The notes: generated by a model not told the origin, from the letters alone. A DNA stretch of 63,296 nucleotides from an uncultured Candidatus Saccharibacteria bacterium (GCA_964348935.1 CAYGEJ010000006.1:1-63296); one strand, 5' to 3'; positions 1 through 9,992 are shown, counted from the first letter of the stretch. Numbers and translations: made by a program.

Positions 1-33
1 GTTATACATTAATAATTATCAATTTCTACTACT

Positions 34-312
34 ATGGATCAAGATGATATAAAAACTCTATACGAAGATAAGTATCAAAAAACCTTAGGGCAAACTTACG
101 AACAGTGGTCAGCGGAAGGCCCGCAAAACGAAACAGAGGCCTATGCCAGGCTCCAAGAAATAGACGGAGACTTAAACGCCAGTTATGACGAATGGTATGA
201 AGCCGAAGGCGACAAAAAAGAAGAGCTAGAAGAAGAAAGAGAAAAGTTAAAGGCTGAGTATGATTTTATAGAGGCCTCTTTTGGACTAGAAGCACCGGAT
301 AAAAACTGGTAG
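34..312 (+). CDS. hypothetical highly acidic small protein (92 aa)
   Basis: Clean ORF rich in D/E and predicted helical; no family recognised. Confidence 0.7.
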   Translation: MDQDDIKTLYEDKYQKTLGQTYEQWSAEGPQNETEAYARLQEIDGDLNASYDEWYEAEGDKKEELEEEREKLKAEYDFIEASFGLEAPDKNW

Positions 313-390
313 ATATGGCACCACAGATACGCAGATAGTACCGATTTCGCAGATACTTGTCACTTTTCACTTTTAACTCGTCACTAAAAT

Positions 391-1059
391 ATGCTGTACG
401 TTGTTGCAACACCAATAGGGAATTTGGGGGATATAACTTTAAGAGCCATTGAGACTTTAAAGGCTTGTGATTTTGTCATGGCTGAAAACCCACTTTACTC
501 TAAAAGATTATTAGAACATATTGGCGCTTGGCCAAAAACTATTATTCAGTTTGCTGAACACAACGAACAACAAATTTTAAAAGACACTACCAGGAGACTT
601 TTGAAAGAAGACGGAGCACTTATAACAGACGCTGGCACACCAGGCATTAGCGACCCAGGGTTTCGTTTAGTTAGAGAATGTGTAAAAGAAAATATTACCG
701 TCGTGCCTATTCCTGGAGCTAACGCTGCCATTACCGCACTTTGTGCCAGTGGCCTGCCAACAGACAAATTTTTATTCTTAGGTTTTTTACAAAAAACAGC
801 AGTTAAAACTATTGGGGCACTACAAGATGCCGCCAACGCTGGAGCCACCGCCATTTTTTATGAATCTCCAGAAAGAATTTTAAAAACTTTAAGCTATGTG
901 GCAAATGCATTTCCAACAAGCCAAGTAGTGGCCACAAGAGAAATTACCAAAATGCACGAAGAATTTATTCGTGGAACGCCATACGAAGTTATAGAACACC
1001 TAAAAGGAAAAGCTTCTATTAAGGGCGAGTTTACAGTTTTGGTTAGTTTCAAATCTTAA
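391..1059 (+). CDS. rsmI: 16S rRNA (cytidine1402-2'-O)-methyltransferase
   Basis: Motifs LYVVATPIGNLGDIT, DAGTPGISDPG, VVPIPGANA, FYESPERI. Confidence 0.95.
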   Translation: MLYVVATPIGNLGDITLRAIETLKACDFVMAENPLYSKRLLEHIGAWPKTIIQFAEHNEQQILKDTTRRLLKEDGALITDAGTPGISDPGFRLVRECVKENITVVPIPGANAAITALCASGLPTDKFLFLGFLQKTAVKTIGALQDAANAGATAIFYESPERILKTLSYVANAFPTSQVVATREITKMHEEFIRGTPYEVIEHLKGKASIKGEFTVLVSFKS

Positions 1060-1088
1060 TTCAATATTCATAATTCTTTATTCTAGTC

Positions 1089-1805
1089 ATGTCTGGACAT
1101 AGTAAGTGGTCACAAATAAAAAGAACAAAAGGCGTACTGGACCAAAAAAAAGGTTTAGTGTTTTCCAAGTACGCCAAAAAAATTTCTATCGCTGTTAAAG
1201 AAGGCGGTAATGGTGACCCTGCAATTAATTTTAAATTAAAAACGGTAATAGACTCTGCCAAAGCCCAAGGTATGCCAAATGAAAATGTAGAACGAGCTAT
1301 TAAAGCCGCTACCGGAGCCGTAGCAGGAGAAATGAAGGAAGTAGTGTATGAAGGTTACGGACCTTTTGGAACTGCGTTCCTAGTAGAAGCGGTAACTAAC
1401 AATAGTAACCGCACCTTTAACAACGTTCGTAAAGTATTTACCGACCATGGTGGTAGCGTTGGAGCACAGGGGAGTGTAGCTTGGCAATTTAGCACCAAAG
1501 GGCAAATACTTGTTGAAAGAGACAATAATATAGAGAATCTGGAATTAGTAGCAATAGACGCGGGTGCAGAAGACGTTCGAGAGTCTAACGAGGGTCTTGA
1601 AGTCTACACCGAAGTTGCTAATCTGCAAAAAATTAAAGACGCTCTTAGCAAGGCAGGAGCTAAAATTGCCCAAGCAGACATAATAAAAGAAAGTAGCCAA
1701 GGAACTGATTTAACAGAAGAACAAAAACCAGCAGTAGACAAGCTATTTGCAAGCCTAGAAAATGATGAAGACGTTATAGCAGTACATACTAGTGCGAACC
1801 TTTAG
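1089..1805 (+). CDS. yebC: YebC/PmpR family protein
   Basis: MSGHSKWSQIK N-terminus and YEGYGP motif; upstream of ruvC as usual. Confidence 0.95.
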   Translation: MSGHSKWSQIKRTKGVLDQKKGLVFSKYAKKISIAVKEGGNGDPAINFKLKTVIDSAKAQGMPNENVERAIKAATGAVAGEMKEVVYEGYGPFGTAFLVEAVTNNSNRTFNNVRKVFTDHGGSVGAQGSVAWQFSTKGQILVERDNNIENLELVAIDAGAEDVRESNEGLEVYTEVANLQKIKDALSKAGAKIAQADIIKESSQGTDLTEEQKPAVDKLFASLENDEDVIAVHTSANL

Positions 1806-1881
1806 TCATTAAAACATCTTATCATACTAACATTTTAACAAGATGCAACATGCTAAGTTGTTAGTATGCTAACATGATAGT

Positions 1882-2373
1882 ATGATTATTTTAGGTATCG
1901 ACCCGGGCACAGCCACCACGGGCTTTGGCATTATTAAACAAATAAAAAACCAGCCCGAACTGGTAGATTTTGGTGTTATATCTACAGACAAAAAATTAAA
2001 TGACGCCGAACGATTAGAAATTTTGGCAGATGATATTGCAGAAATAATAAAAAAATATAAACCTGAAGCCATAGGCATAGAAAAACTTTTTTTTACCACC
2101 AACCAAAAAACAGTAATGACAGTAAGTCAGGCTAGGGGAGTAATTATGTTTATTGCCCAACAACACAAAGTTCCGATTATGGAATTTACTCCGTTGCAAG
2201 TTAAAAGTTTTATTTGCGGTTACGGCAAAGCCGAAAAAAAACAAGTCCAGTTTGTTGTCCAAAAAACTTTCAAGTTAAAAACCCCACCCAAACCAGACGA
2301 CGCGGCCGATGCTTTGGCCATTGCCATATGCACCGCACACCATTACAGTAAAAATCTTAGACTCTCACAATAA
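1882..2373 (+). CDS. ruvC: Holliday junction resolvase RuvC
   Basis: ILGIDPGTATTGFG, IEKLFF, GYGKAEKKQV, DDAADALAIA. Confidence 0.96.
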   Translation: MIILGIDPGTATTGFGIIKQIKNQPELVDFGVISTDKKLNDAERLEILADDIAEIIKKYKPEAIGIEKLFFTTNQKTVMTVSQARGVIMFIAQQHKVPIMEFTPLQVKSFICGYGKAEKKQVQFVVQKTFKLKTPPKPDDAADALAIAICTAHHYSKNLRLSQ

Positions 2374-2394
2374 GAGTGTATGGGGATATCTAAT

Positions 2395-2423
2395 TAGACC
2401 CAAAACTCTACATTAGCTATAAT
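2395..2423 (+). promoter_or_regulatory. sigma70-type promoter for the small acidic ORF
   Basis: TAGACC-17 nt-TATAAT. Confidence 0.6.
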
Positions 2424-2499
2424 TTTGGCAAGCTCAAGTTCTTGAGTGCTAATAATAAATACACGTCCTTGCCTATTAAGCGAGGACAAAGGAGCATCT

Positions 2500-2604
2500 A
2501 TGTTTAATGATGATATGGATAGCGATATTGCTGACGGCGGAATGGCAACCATGCCAACCGACGACACCGATGAAGAAAAGGAAACTGACAGTGAAGCAAT
2601 ATAA
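2500..2604 (+). CDS. unannotated 34-aa acidic peptide MFNDDMDSDIADGGMATMPTDDTDEEKETDSEAI
   Basis: SD AAAGGAG at 2488-2494, ATG 2500, TAA 2602-2604; own promoter and terminator; below the ORF-track cutoff. Confidence 0.65.
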   Translation: MFNDDMDSDIADGGMATMPTDDTDEEKETDSEAI

Positions 2605-2606
2605 TT

Positions 2607-2638
2607 AAAAAACCTCTCGTTATAACGAGAGGTTTTTT
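2607..2638. terminator. bidirectional intrinsic terminator
   Basis: Perfect palindrome AAAAAACCTCTCGTTA/TAACGAGAGGTTTTTT between the small ORF and tyrS. Confidence 0.85.
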
Positions 2639-2708
2639 AATTTATTAGCAACACCTAGGTAGGTCTACTATTATTTACAAAAATAAGTAAGCTTGGCACT
2701 AGAGGACT

Positions 2709-3878
2709 TTATTTCAATCTCAAATTTGCAAAACGTCTTTTTCCAACTTGTAACAACTGCGCATGTTTTGTCAGTACAAGCACATCATCCTTCACAACTT
2801 GACCATTCAGCTTAATTCCACCCTGCTCCATAAGCCTTCTCGCTTCCGACTTACTAACGACTAAACCACAAGCTAAAGATGCAGCGGAAATTGTAGTAAT
2901 ATCGGAACCCAATACTACCACCGGAATATTCGCAGGCAGCTCGCCTTTGCTAAACTGAGCGATAAATGCCTCTTTGGCTTCAATTGCTTTTTTTTCTCCG
3001 TGATACAAAACTGTAAGGTTTAGTGCTAACTGCATTTTTTGATCTCGAGGGTTTGTAAGCTCGAGCATAATTCTATCTATTTCTTCCAAGGAAGTTCTAG
3101 TGGCTAAAATAAAATATTTTTGTATTAAGTTATCGGGAATTGACATAACTTTCCCAAACATATTATTTGCGTCATCAGTAATATTTATAACATTCCCCCA
3201 CGAGGAAGACATTTTCCTGCCATCCGTACCTTCCATTAACTGCATAGTTAAAATATTTTGAGACTTTTGCTTATAAGCAGGCTGAATAGTTCTTCCAGCG
3301 AGCAAATTAAAACGCTGATCGGTACCACCTAGTTCAATGTCAGCCTTAACTGCAACAGAGTCATAGCCCTGCATAAGAGGGTAGAGTAATTCACGCAGGG
3401 AAACACGCTTCCCGGCCTTAAGTCGCTTGGCAATATTTTCTCTCGCTTCAAATTCATGCAAGCTAAATAAGTCTGCCAATTTACCAATTTCACCAAAACC
3501 TAATTTCTTAAGCCACTTAGAATTGTAGTGGGTTTCGGTTTTCTTTTTATCTAAAATTTTGTAAGCCTGCTCAAAATAAGTTTTTAAATTCTTTTTAATT
3601 TCTGCTTCACTAAGCATTGGTCTTTCACTTTCTTTATCAGATGTGTCGCCAATAACCCCAGTAAAATCTCCGACTATAAAAACAACCTTGTGTCCTAACT
3701 CCTGAAAAGCTCGAAGTTTCCACAATACAACAGCTCTGCCAATATGGATATTTGGAGAGGTTGGGTCTATGCCAAGCTTAACCCGTAGCTTTTTTTTGGA
3801 TTTTAGTAACTCTTCTAACTGAGTTTTATCTATTACTTCATCTACACCTCGAGTTAACAAATCTTCTATTGGATTCAT
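2709..3878 (-). CDS. tyrS: tyrosine--tRNA ligase
   Basis: GIDPTSPNIHIG (HIGH), QGYD, GGTDQRFN, KMSSS, C-terminal S4 domain. Confidence 0.96.
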   Translation of the reverse strand: MNPIEDLLTRGVDEVIDKTQLEELLKSKKKLRVKLGIDPTSPNIHIGRAVVLWKLRAFQELGHKVVFIVGDFTGVIGDTSDKESERPMLSEAEIKKNLKTYFEQAYKILDKKKTETHYNSKWLKKLGFGEIGKLADLFSLHEFEARENIAKRLKAGKRVSLRELLYPLMQGYDSVAVKADIELGGTDQRFNLLAGRTIQPAYKQKSQNILTMQLMEGTDGRKMSSSWGNVINITDDANNMFGKVMSIPDNLIQKYFILATRTSLEEIDRIMLELTNPRDQKMQLALNLTVLYHGEKKAIEAKEAFIAQFSKGELPANIPVVVLGSDITTISAASLACGLVVSKSEARRLMEQGGIKLNGQVVKDDVLVLTKHAQLLQVGKRRFANLRLK

Positions 3879-4003
3879 AAATATGTCGATTACAATAAAT
3901 ACATTATTTATATTATTTTAACATTAAACATTAAAAAAGAGGAGGGCCGTTTAGCACCCACCCCCTCATTGTCAACGTAAATACAAAAAAGGTATAATAA
4001 AGC

Positions 4004-6841
4004 ATGCGTATATATAACTATCAACCTCCAAAAGAAACTGGCTCCAAGTCGGCCAAACAAAGACGAATATTCAAATTTAAATTTGATAAGAAAAAAATTT
4101 TTACCTGGGCATTTCGATTCTTAGCCCTGGGAATTTTTTGTGCTGCAATTCTCTTTTTATATTATGCCAAAGATCTTCCAGATCCAAACAAGCTTCTGGA
4201 AAGAAACGTACCGGAATCTACAAAAATTTTTGACCGTGAAGGTGGACTGCTTTATGAGATTCATGGAGAATATAAACGCACCTTAGTGGACTTAGAACAA
4301 ATATCGCCTTATTTGAAAAATGCCACCATTGCTGTAGAGGATAAAGATTTTTACAAACACGGCGGAATCTCCTTTACCGGCATTGCACGCGCAATTATTG
4401 TTGATATTCTAAGCGGAAAAAAAGCGCAAGGAGGCAGTACTATTACCCAACAGTTTGTTAAAAAATCTATTTTAACCGACGACAAATCTTGGGATAGAAA
4501 AATTAGAGAAATTATATTAGCTGTTAGTATTGACTCTCGTTTTACCAAAGAACAAATATTAAAACTTTACCTGAACGAAATTCCATACGGTAGAAACGCT
4601 TACGGTATTGAAGCCGCGAGTCTGTCTTATTTTAATAAGTCAGCCAAAGATCTAAGCTTGGCCGAAAGCGCTTATTTAGCAGCTATGCCACAAGCTCCAA
4701 CCTATTACAACCCGTTTGGTCCAAACAGGCAGTCTTTAGAAAACAGAAAAAACACCATCCTCAACTTAATGAAAGAGCAAGGATATATTACCGAAGAATA
4801 TCAACAAAAAGCCAAGGACGAAAAACCTGAATTTAATAAAATCACCACTGGAATAAAAGCTCCGCATTTTGTCTTGTGGGTCCAGGATTATCTTGCTAAT
4901 AAATATGGTGAAAAAACTTTAGAAGAGGGAGGACTAAGAGTTTACACTACCTTAAATTCAAAATTACAAACCATTGCCGAAGAAGCTGTTAAAACCGGAG
5001 TAGAAAAATACAGTATAAAATATAACTCCCACAACGCAGGACTTGTGGCCATAGACCCTAAAACTGGCCAAATATTAGCTATGGTTGGCAGTAAAGATTA
5101 CTTTGGCGATGTTAGTCCTGAAGGCTGTAATCCGGGCAGAAATTGTTTATTCGAACCGAACGTCAATGTTGCCCTGTCACAAAGACAACCGGGTTCGAGT
5201 TTTAAACCTTACGTCTACGTAACTGCATTCAAAAAAGAATTTGGCTTTTCTCCTGCCACAATGTTAATGGACGTAGTTACAAATTTTGGCACTTTCAACG
5301 GAAAATCCTATATTCCTGGCAACTACAACGGTCAAAGTTACGGCCCAGTTTCTATGCGTAAAGCATTGGCGGGAAGCTTAAATATCCCTGCGGTCAAAAC
5401 CCTATCCTTAGTGGGAGTAGAGAATGCCGTACAAACTGCCAGAGACTTAGGCATTACTAGCCCATTGGCAGACTGTGGACTATCTTTGGTGTTAGGTGGT
5501 TGTGAAGTAAGACTTATTGACCACGTGGGTGCTATGTCGGTTATCGCCAATGGGGGAATCAAAAACGAAAAAACTCCAATTTTAAAAATTATTGATAAAG
5601 ACGATAAAACAATTGAAGAATATAAAAATAATCCGCAAACGGTTTTAGATCCTGAAGCGGCTTACGAAGTAATAAGTATAATGACCGACAATGATTCCAG
5701 AAGTTATATTTTTGGAGTCAGCTCACCGCTCACACTGCCAGGTAGAACAGTTGCAGCCAAAACCGGAACCACCAACAACTGGCACGATGGCTGGACCATG
5801 GGCTTCACGCCTTCGCTTGCAGCCGGTGTTTGGTCAGGAAACAACGATGGCACACTTCTTAAAAAAGGCGCTGACGGTGTTTTGGTCGCAGCCCCGATTT
5901 GGAATGAATTTATGAAAAGAGCGCTAGAAAGTACGCCTGCGGAAAACTTTACCGTACCTTCAGGAATTCAAAAAATCACTGTGGACGAAGTTTCAGGAAA
6001 ACTCCCAACCGATGCCACCCCAAACACCAAAGAAGAAACGTTCACTAGTTATAACGCACCAACGGATTATGACAACGTTCATATCAGAGTAGCCATGGAC
6101 TCATTAACCGGACTACCGGCCACTAACCTCACCCCACCAAATCAAATAACTTACAAACTATACTCTGTACTCCATAGCGAACGCCGAGATAATCCAAGCT
6201 GGGAAACTCCTGTAGTAGAATGGGCCCTGGCTCATGGCTACAGCTACCCGCCAAGCGACACAATAAGTCCAAACCCAACTTCTGGCGGACAAAATATTTC
6301 GATAACTATTTTGGAACCACAAGAAGGAAAAATTATTTCTAGTAGCCAGTTCCAGGTTACTGTCGGGGTAAACTCCTCCCTTGCTGTTTCCCGAATAGAC
6401 CTTTCTATCGACGGAGAATTTTATCAGAGCATTAATAGTCAACCTTTTGTATTTAATGTAAACAAAAATCTTCAAGATGGTAACCATATTTTAGCTATCC
6501 ATGCTGTAGATACCAACGGCTCATTCGCCGACACTAGCACTACCATTATTTCCGAAGCCACCACACCCTTAAGCCTTACTCAACCACTCAATCAAAGTCT
6601 TGTCCAATTTCCATTAAATATAATTGCAGAGAGCGAGAATCTATATACTACTGTGAATTTTTACTATGTAAACAACAAAGGGCAAAGCAAGCTAATTGGT
6701 CCAGCAGAAAACGTCGACCACATTGGGAAATACAATTATTCTATCAATTGGAAAACCTCTCCGCCAAGTGGCACTTATAAAATTTATGCCCAAACCAATT
6801 CTGGAATTCTAACTCATAAAGTATCTATTACCATCCCTTAA
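4004..6841 (+). CDS. class A penicillin-binding protein (PBP1A family) with C-terminal Ig-like domains
   Basis: Transglycosylase motifs EDKDFYKH and GGSTITQQFVK; transpeptidase SSFK, SLN, KTGT; N-terminal TM. Confidence 0.93.
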   Translation: MRIYNYQPPKETGSKSAKQRRIFKFKFDKKKIFTWAFRFLALGIFCAAILFLYYAKDLPDPNKLLERNVPESTKIFDREGGLLYEIHGEYKRTLVDLEQISPYLKNATIAVEDKDFYKHGGISFTGIARAIIVDILSGKKAQGGSTITQQFVKKSILTDDKSWDRKIREIILAVSIDSRFTKEQILKLYLNEIPYGRNAYGIEAASLSYFNKSAKDLSLAESAYLAAMPQAPTYYNPFGPNRQSLENRKNTILNLMKEQGYITEEYQQKAKDEKPEFNKITTGIKAPHFVLWVQDYLANKYGEKTLEEGGLRVYTTLNSKLQTIAEEAVKTGVEKYSIKYNSHNAGLVAIDPKTGQILAMVGSKDYFGDVSPEGCNPGRNCLFEPNVNVALSQRQPGSSFKPYVYVTAFKKEFGFSPATMLMDVVTNFGTFNGKSYIPGNYNGQSYGPVSMRKALAGSLNIPAVKTLSLVGVENAVQTARDLGITSPLADCGLSLVLGGCEVRLIDHVGAMSVIANGGIKNEKTPILKIIDKDDKTIEEYKNNPQTVLDPEAAYEVISIMTDNDSRSYIFGVSSPLTLPGRTVAAKTGTTNNWHDGWTMGFTPSLAAGVWSGNNDGTLLKKGADGVLVAAPIWNEFMKRALESTPAENFTVPSGIQKITVDEVSGKLPTDATPNTKEETFTSYNAPTDYDNVHIRVAMDSLTGLPATNLTPPNQITYKLYSVLHSERRDNPSWETPVVEWALAHGYSYPPSDTISPNPTSGGQNISITILEPQEGKIISSSQFQVTVGVNSSLAVSRIDLSIDGEFYQSINSQPFVFNVNKNLQDGNHILAIHAVDTNGSFADTSTTIISEATTPLSLTQPLNQSLVQFPLNIIAESENLYTTVNFYYVNNKGQSKLIGPAENVDHIGKYNYSINWKTSPPSGTYKIYAQTNSGILTHKVSITIP

Positions 6842-6847
6842 CTTGCA

Positions 6848-8026
6848 ATGAGAATAATTCTTATACTCACTTTATTACTTACCCCAACCTATACAGCAAG
6901 GTTTGGTTTATTTAATTTTCCAACGAACTTACTAATGGTGTGGGTGGTTTTGTTCTGGTTAATTTTTAGCGCATGGATTATTAAAAATAAAAAAACTGAC
7001 TTACTAATTACCCATCTCAAAAATACTTCAAAAAAGTTCTTAGCACTAATTATTCTATTTTTTATTGCGGGCGTCATTTCCTTAATAATTAATGGCTTCT
7101 CAATTCCCAAACTCGGCCAATTCCTTATATTATTTATTCAGCCAATTTCCGTTTACTTTATTGCAAAATTTATTTACGAACAATACCCAAATGCAAAACA
7201 CGCGGTCTTGCACGCTATATATTATATAGTTGCAGTTTCTGGGCTATATGCCATAATCCAGTACATTACATTGCTTGGTCTTCCAACTGCTTACTGGGGC
7301 AACAGCATAGAACCAAAACGTGCAGTGGCTTTTTTTTCCCACCCAAATTTTTATGCACTTTGGCTAAGCCCATTAATGGCATTATTGATTCCGGATTTGG
7401 GAATTAAAATTACAAGTTTAAAACAAAATTGGTTTTTCATTATCGCTTGGATACTTGGGGGACTTGGTCTAGCGTTATCTTTTTCGCGAGCGGGCTGGTT
7501 GGGCCTCGGAGTTGCTATTGGTGTATACACCTTGATAGCTGGTGACAAAAAAATCCGAAAGATTATTTTTATAACCTTTATACTTACCACATTGACTATA
7601 ATAGCCACTCCAAATCTCCGATATAGATTTTTATTGCCTTTCTATGGCGAAAAATCTGCAGTTTCCAGACTTTCATTATGGAATACCGGCATTAAGGCCA
7701 TACAAGAGTCTCCGGTATTTGGCTTGGGACTAACCGGCTTTTCCAACAATTGGGAAAGGTTAAATACCGACCCAAATCTAGAAACTCACAACTTTCCTCA
7801 TAATATATTTTTAAACTTTTGGGTAGAAACAGGACTTCTAGGACTAGTTAGCTTTGTTGGAATGGTTGTAATGCTTATTTATAAAGGTTTTAAAAATCGA
7901 TCAAATATATTTCTTCTCGGTACGAGCTTGTTTCTAATTACAATAATTACCCAAGGGCAAATTGACAATCCTTATTTTAAAAACGACCTTGCGATGGTAT
8001 TTTGGATTATCTTAGCATTAATATAA
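6848..8026 (+). CDS. O-antigen ligase (Wzy_C/WaaL) family membrane protein
   Basis: Many TM helices; RAVAFFSHPNFYA, LSFSRAGWLG, PHNIFLNFWVETGLLG. Confidence 0.85.
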   Translation: MRIILILTLLLTPTYTARFGLFNFPTNLLMVWVVLFWLIFSAWIIKNKKTDLLITHLKNTSKKFLALIILFFIAGVISLIINGFSIPKLGQFLILFIQPISVYFIAKFIYEQYPNAKHAVLHAIYYIVAVSGLYAIIQYITLLGLPTAYWGNSIEPKRAVAFFSHPNFYALWLSPLMALLIPDLGIKITSLKQNWFFIIAWILGGLGLALSFSRAGWLGLGVAIGVYTLIAGDKKIRKIIFITFILTTLTIIATPNLRYRFLLPFYGEKSAVSRLSLWNTGIKAIQESPVFGLGLTGFSNNWERLNTDPNLETHNFPHNIFLNFWVETGLLGLVSFVGMVVMLIYKGFKNRSNIFLLGTSLFLITIITQGQIDNPYFKNDLAMVFWIILALI

Positions 8027-8039
8027 AAGTATACCTCTA

Positions 8040-8397
8040 TTGGAATCTGAAAGTTTAAAAATGTGCCGGCAGTATTTAGGTAAAAAGGTTAAAATAATTA
8101 TTGACCAACCTTATGGAACTTATTACAAAGACACAAAATATGTACTTAACTACGGATACTTTCCTCATACCAAAGCTCCAGACGGTGAGGGTCTGGACGC
8201 TTATTATTTAAGCTCTAAAGAAGTATTATTTGAAGCAGAAGGAACCTGCATAGCAATAATACACAGGTTTGAGGATGATGACGACAAACTAACTAACCTT
8301 AGCCAAAGAAAATGAAAATTTCACAAACGAAGAAATTGAAAAGTTAGTAAATTTTCGAGAAAAATATTTTAAACATACAATAATCAGATTGCAATAA
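8040..8397 (+). pseudogene. ppa: inorganic pyrophosphatase, frameshifted by a 4-nt CTAA duplication at 8289-8296
   Basis: LNYGYFP, DGEGLDAY and DDDDKL motifs in 8040-8315; the natural C-terminus (ENFTNEEIEKLVNFREKYFKHTIIRLQ) continues in the +1 frame to TAA 8395-8397. Confidence 0.75.
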
Positions 8398-8426
8398 ACC
8401 CTCCGCCTAGGCGGAGGGTTTATTGC
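8391..8426. terminator. bidirectional intrinsic terminator (CCGCC/GGCGG core)
   Basis: 36-bp perfect palindrome GCAATAAACCCTCCGCCT/AGGCGGAGGGTTTATTGC between convergent genes. Confidence 0.85.
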
Positions 8427-8432
8427 ATAGAA

Positions 8433-8915
8433 TTATTTTTTTACCTTTATAACTACTTTTCTGTAAGGCTCGTTATCTACGCTGTAGCTTTCTGCTTCAG
8501 GAAAATGTTCCTGAAGATAGGCATGGACTAAACGTCGTTCATAATTAGGCATTGGCTCCAAGCCTTGTGCTCGCCCTGTTATCTTTGCTTTTTCAAACGC
8601 ACCTTTAGCTGTTTCTTTTAAATACCATTCTCTTTTCTGTTTATAATCGTCAACATCTATGGTAAACCAGAATGGTTGCTCATTAGCATTCTGTGAGTAT
8701 AATTTTTTGGAAACTAAAGCTTGAACTAAAATTTGAAATGCGTGCAAAGTGGCACCTTGCCTACCAATTAACAAATAGGAGTCTGGGGAACTAATGTTGA
8801 ATACCAAACCCTTGGTTAAACTTTCTTCAAACTCCACCTTACCTGACATACCTGACTTATGCAAAAGATCAAGGATTATAACTTTAGTTATTTCAATTTT
8901 GTTGTAATCGGTCAT
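8433..8915 (-). CDS. jag: Jag/EloR-like KH-R3H RNA-binding protein
   Basis: LLIGRQGATLHAFQ (KH), EPMPNYERRLVHAYL (R3H); downstream of yidC. Confidence 0.85.
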   Translation of the reverse strand: MTDYNKIEITKVIILDLLHKSGMSGKVEFEESLTKGLVFNISSPDSYLLIGRQGATLHAFQILVQALVSKKLYSQNANEQPFWFTIDVDDYKQKREWYLKETAKGAFEKAKITGRAQGLEPMPNYERRLVHAYLQEHFPEAESYSVDNEPYRKVVIKVKK

Positions 8916-8959
8916 ACCTTAGTTTTAAATTATATATGAAAAGCTGAGAGGAAATATAA

Positions 8960-9688
8960 TTAAGAATTAACTACCATGCCTTTAGACTGTTGTTTAACAA
9001 TATAGTATTGCTGACCAATCGCAAAGAGCGTGGTAACAATCCAGTAGAGCGGCAACCCTGCTGGCAGTTTAATAGCAATAACCATGCTAACAATCGGCAA
9101 TACATATGTAGTTTGGAAACTCATAGCCTTGGCAGTGGCGTCCTGACCTGCGGTTTTTGGCATCATCATTTTGGATTGCCAAAATTGAGCCGCCCCAGCA
9201 ATTACACCAAAAATAATATTTGGCTGAGATAAATTAATAAATCCTAGAAAAGTAGGATCCAACACTTCAGGACGATGCACAAATGAATAAAGACCCTCAA
9301 GTCTGGTGCTAATATCAATAGTCGAATTTAAAGCCTTATTGAAAACTTGGTACAAAGCAATTAATAATGGCAATTGGAGCAATAAAGGCAAGCACGAAGA
9401 CAATGGGTTAATTTTATGTTCTTTGTAGAGCGCCATCATGGCTTTAGCTTGTGCTTCCTTGTCTTCCTTGTGTTTTTCTCTCATCTCATTAAGCTTTGGC
9501 TGTAAGTCACTCATTGCTTTTTGGCTCTTTAAGGACTTATGGAAACTCGGTGCAAGAGCCAAGCGAATTAAAATAGTCAGTAAAATAATAACAACTCCGA
9601 TATCGTGCCCAGGAATAACATTGTAAAAATAAACTAAAAGGTTTAACAACGGCCTATAAACTATGTCGGTATATAATGTAATAAACAT
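8960..9688 (-). CDS. yidC: membrane protein insertase YidC
   Basis: LTILIRLAL, LQPKLNEMREK, INPLSSCLPLLLQLP, LYWIVTTLF. Confidence 0.95.
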   Translation of the reverse strand: MFITLYTDIVYRPLLNLLVYFYNVIPGHDIGVVIILLTILIRLALAPSFHKSLKSQKAMSDLQPKLNEMREKHKEDKEAQAKAMMALYKEHKINPLSSCLPLLLQLPLLIALYQVFNKALNSTIDISTRLEGLYSFVHRPEVLDPTFLGFINLSQPNIIFGVIAGAAQFWQSKMMMPKTAGQDATAKAMSFQTTYVLPIVSMVIAIKLPAGLPLYWIVTTLFAIGQQYYIVKQQSKGMVVNS

Positions 9689-9698
9689 GTTCTAATAA

Positions 9699-9992
9699 TT
9701 ATTTATGATTGATTAAATCTACTTTGGGCTCAGCCCATGGATTACAGCTGGCAATTCTTTTTGTTGCCAACCAACCTCCTTTTATAATACCAAATTTCTC
9801 GAAAGCTTGTTTGGAATACTCGCTACAGGTTGGAAAATGCCGACAATAACCGTACGGGTATTTGACTTTCAACCAACTATGATCCGGCGACAGAACAACT
9901 TGATACAATCTAATTAATACAATAGCAATATTTCTGGGAAGTTTCCAGAAAAACATCGCGAATTTTTGGATTATTATTTTAGTTTTGAACAT
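9699..9992 (-). CDS. yidD: membrane protein insertion efficiency factor YidD
   Basis: CRHFPTCSEY and RIASCNPW motifs; true start may be slightly downstream. Confidence 0.9.
   Translation of the reverse strand: MFKTKIIIQKFAMFFWKLPRNIAIVLIRLYQVVLSPDHSWLKVKYPYGYCRHFPTCSEYSKQAFEKFGIIKGGWLATKRIASCNPWAEPKVDLINHK

Noticed and set aside
1823-1868. 10-bp inverted repeat CATACTAACA/TGTTAGTATG upstream of ruvC as an SOS-type operator
   Set aside because: 26-nt spacer, AT-rich low-complexity context, and no second copy recognised near ruvA, ruvB or uvrB.
2425-2452. Canonical CIRCE operator
   Set aside because: The right half is exact, but the left half has a 2-nt insertion and the spacer is 8 nt; kept only as CIRCE-like.
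8313-8315. TGA read-through (genetic code 25) to rescue the pyrophosphatase
   Set aside because: The in-frame continuation is not PPase-like; long genes have no in-frame TGA and TGA serves as a stop (e.g. tsaB). A +1 frameshift explains it.
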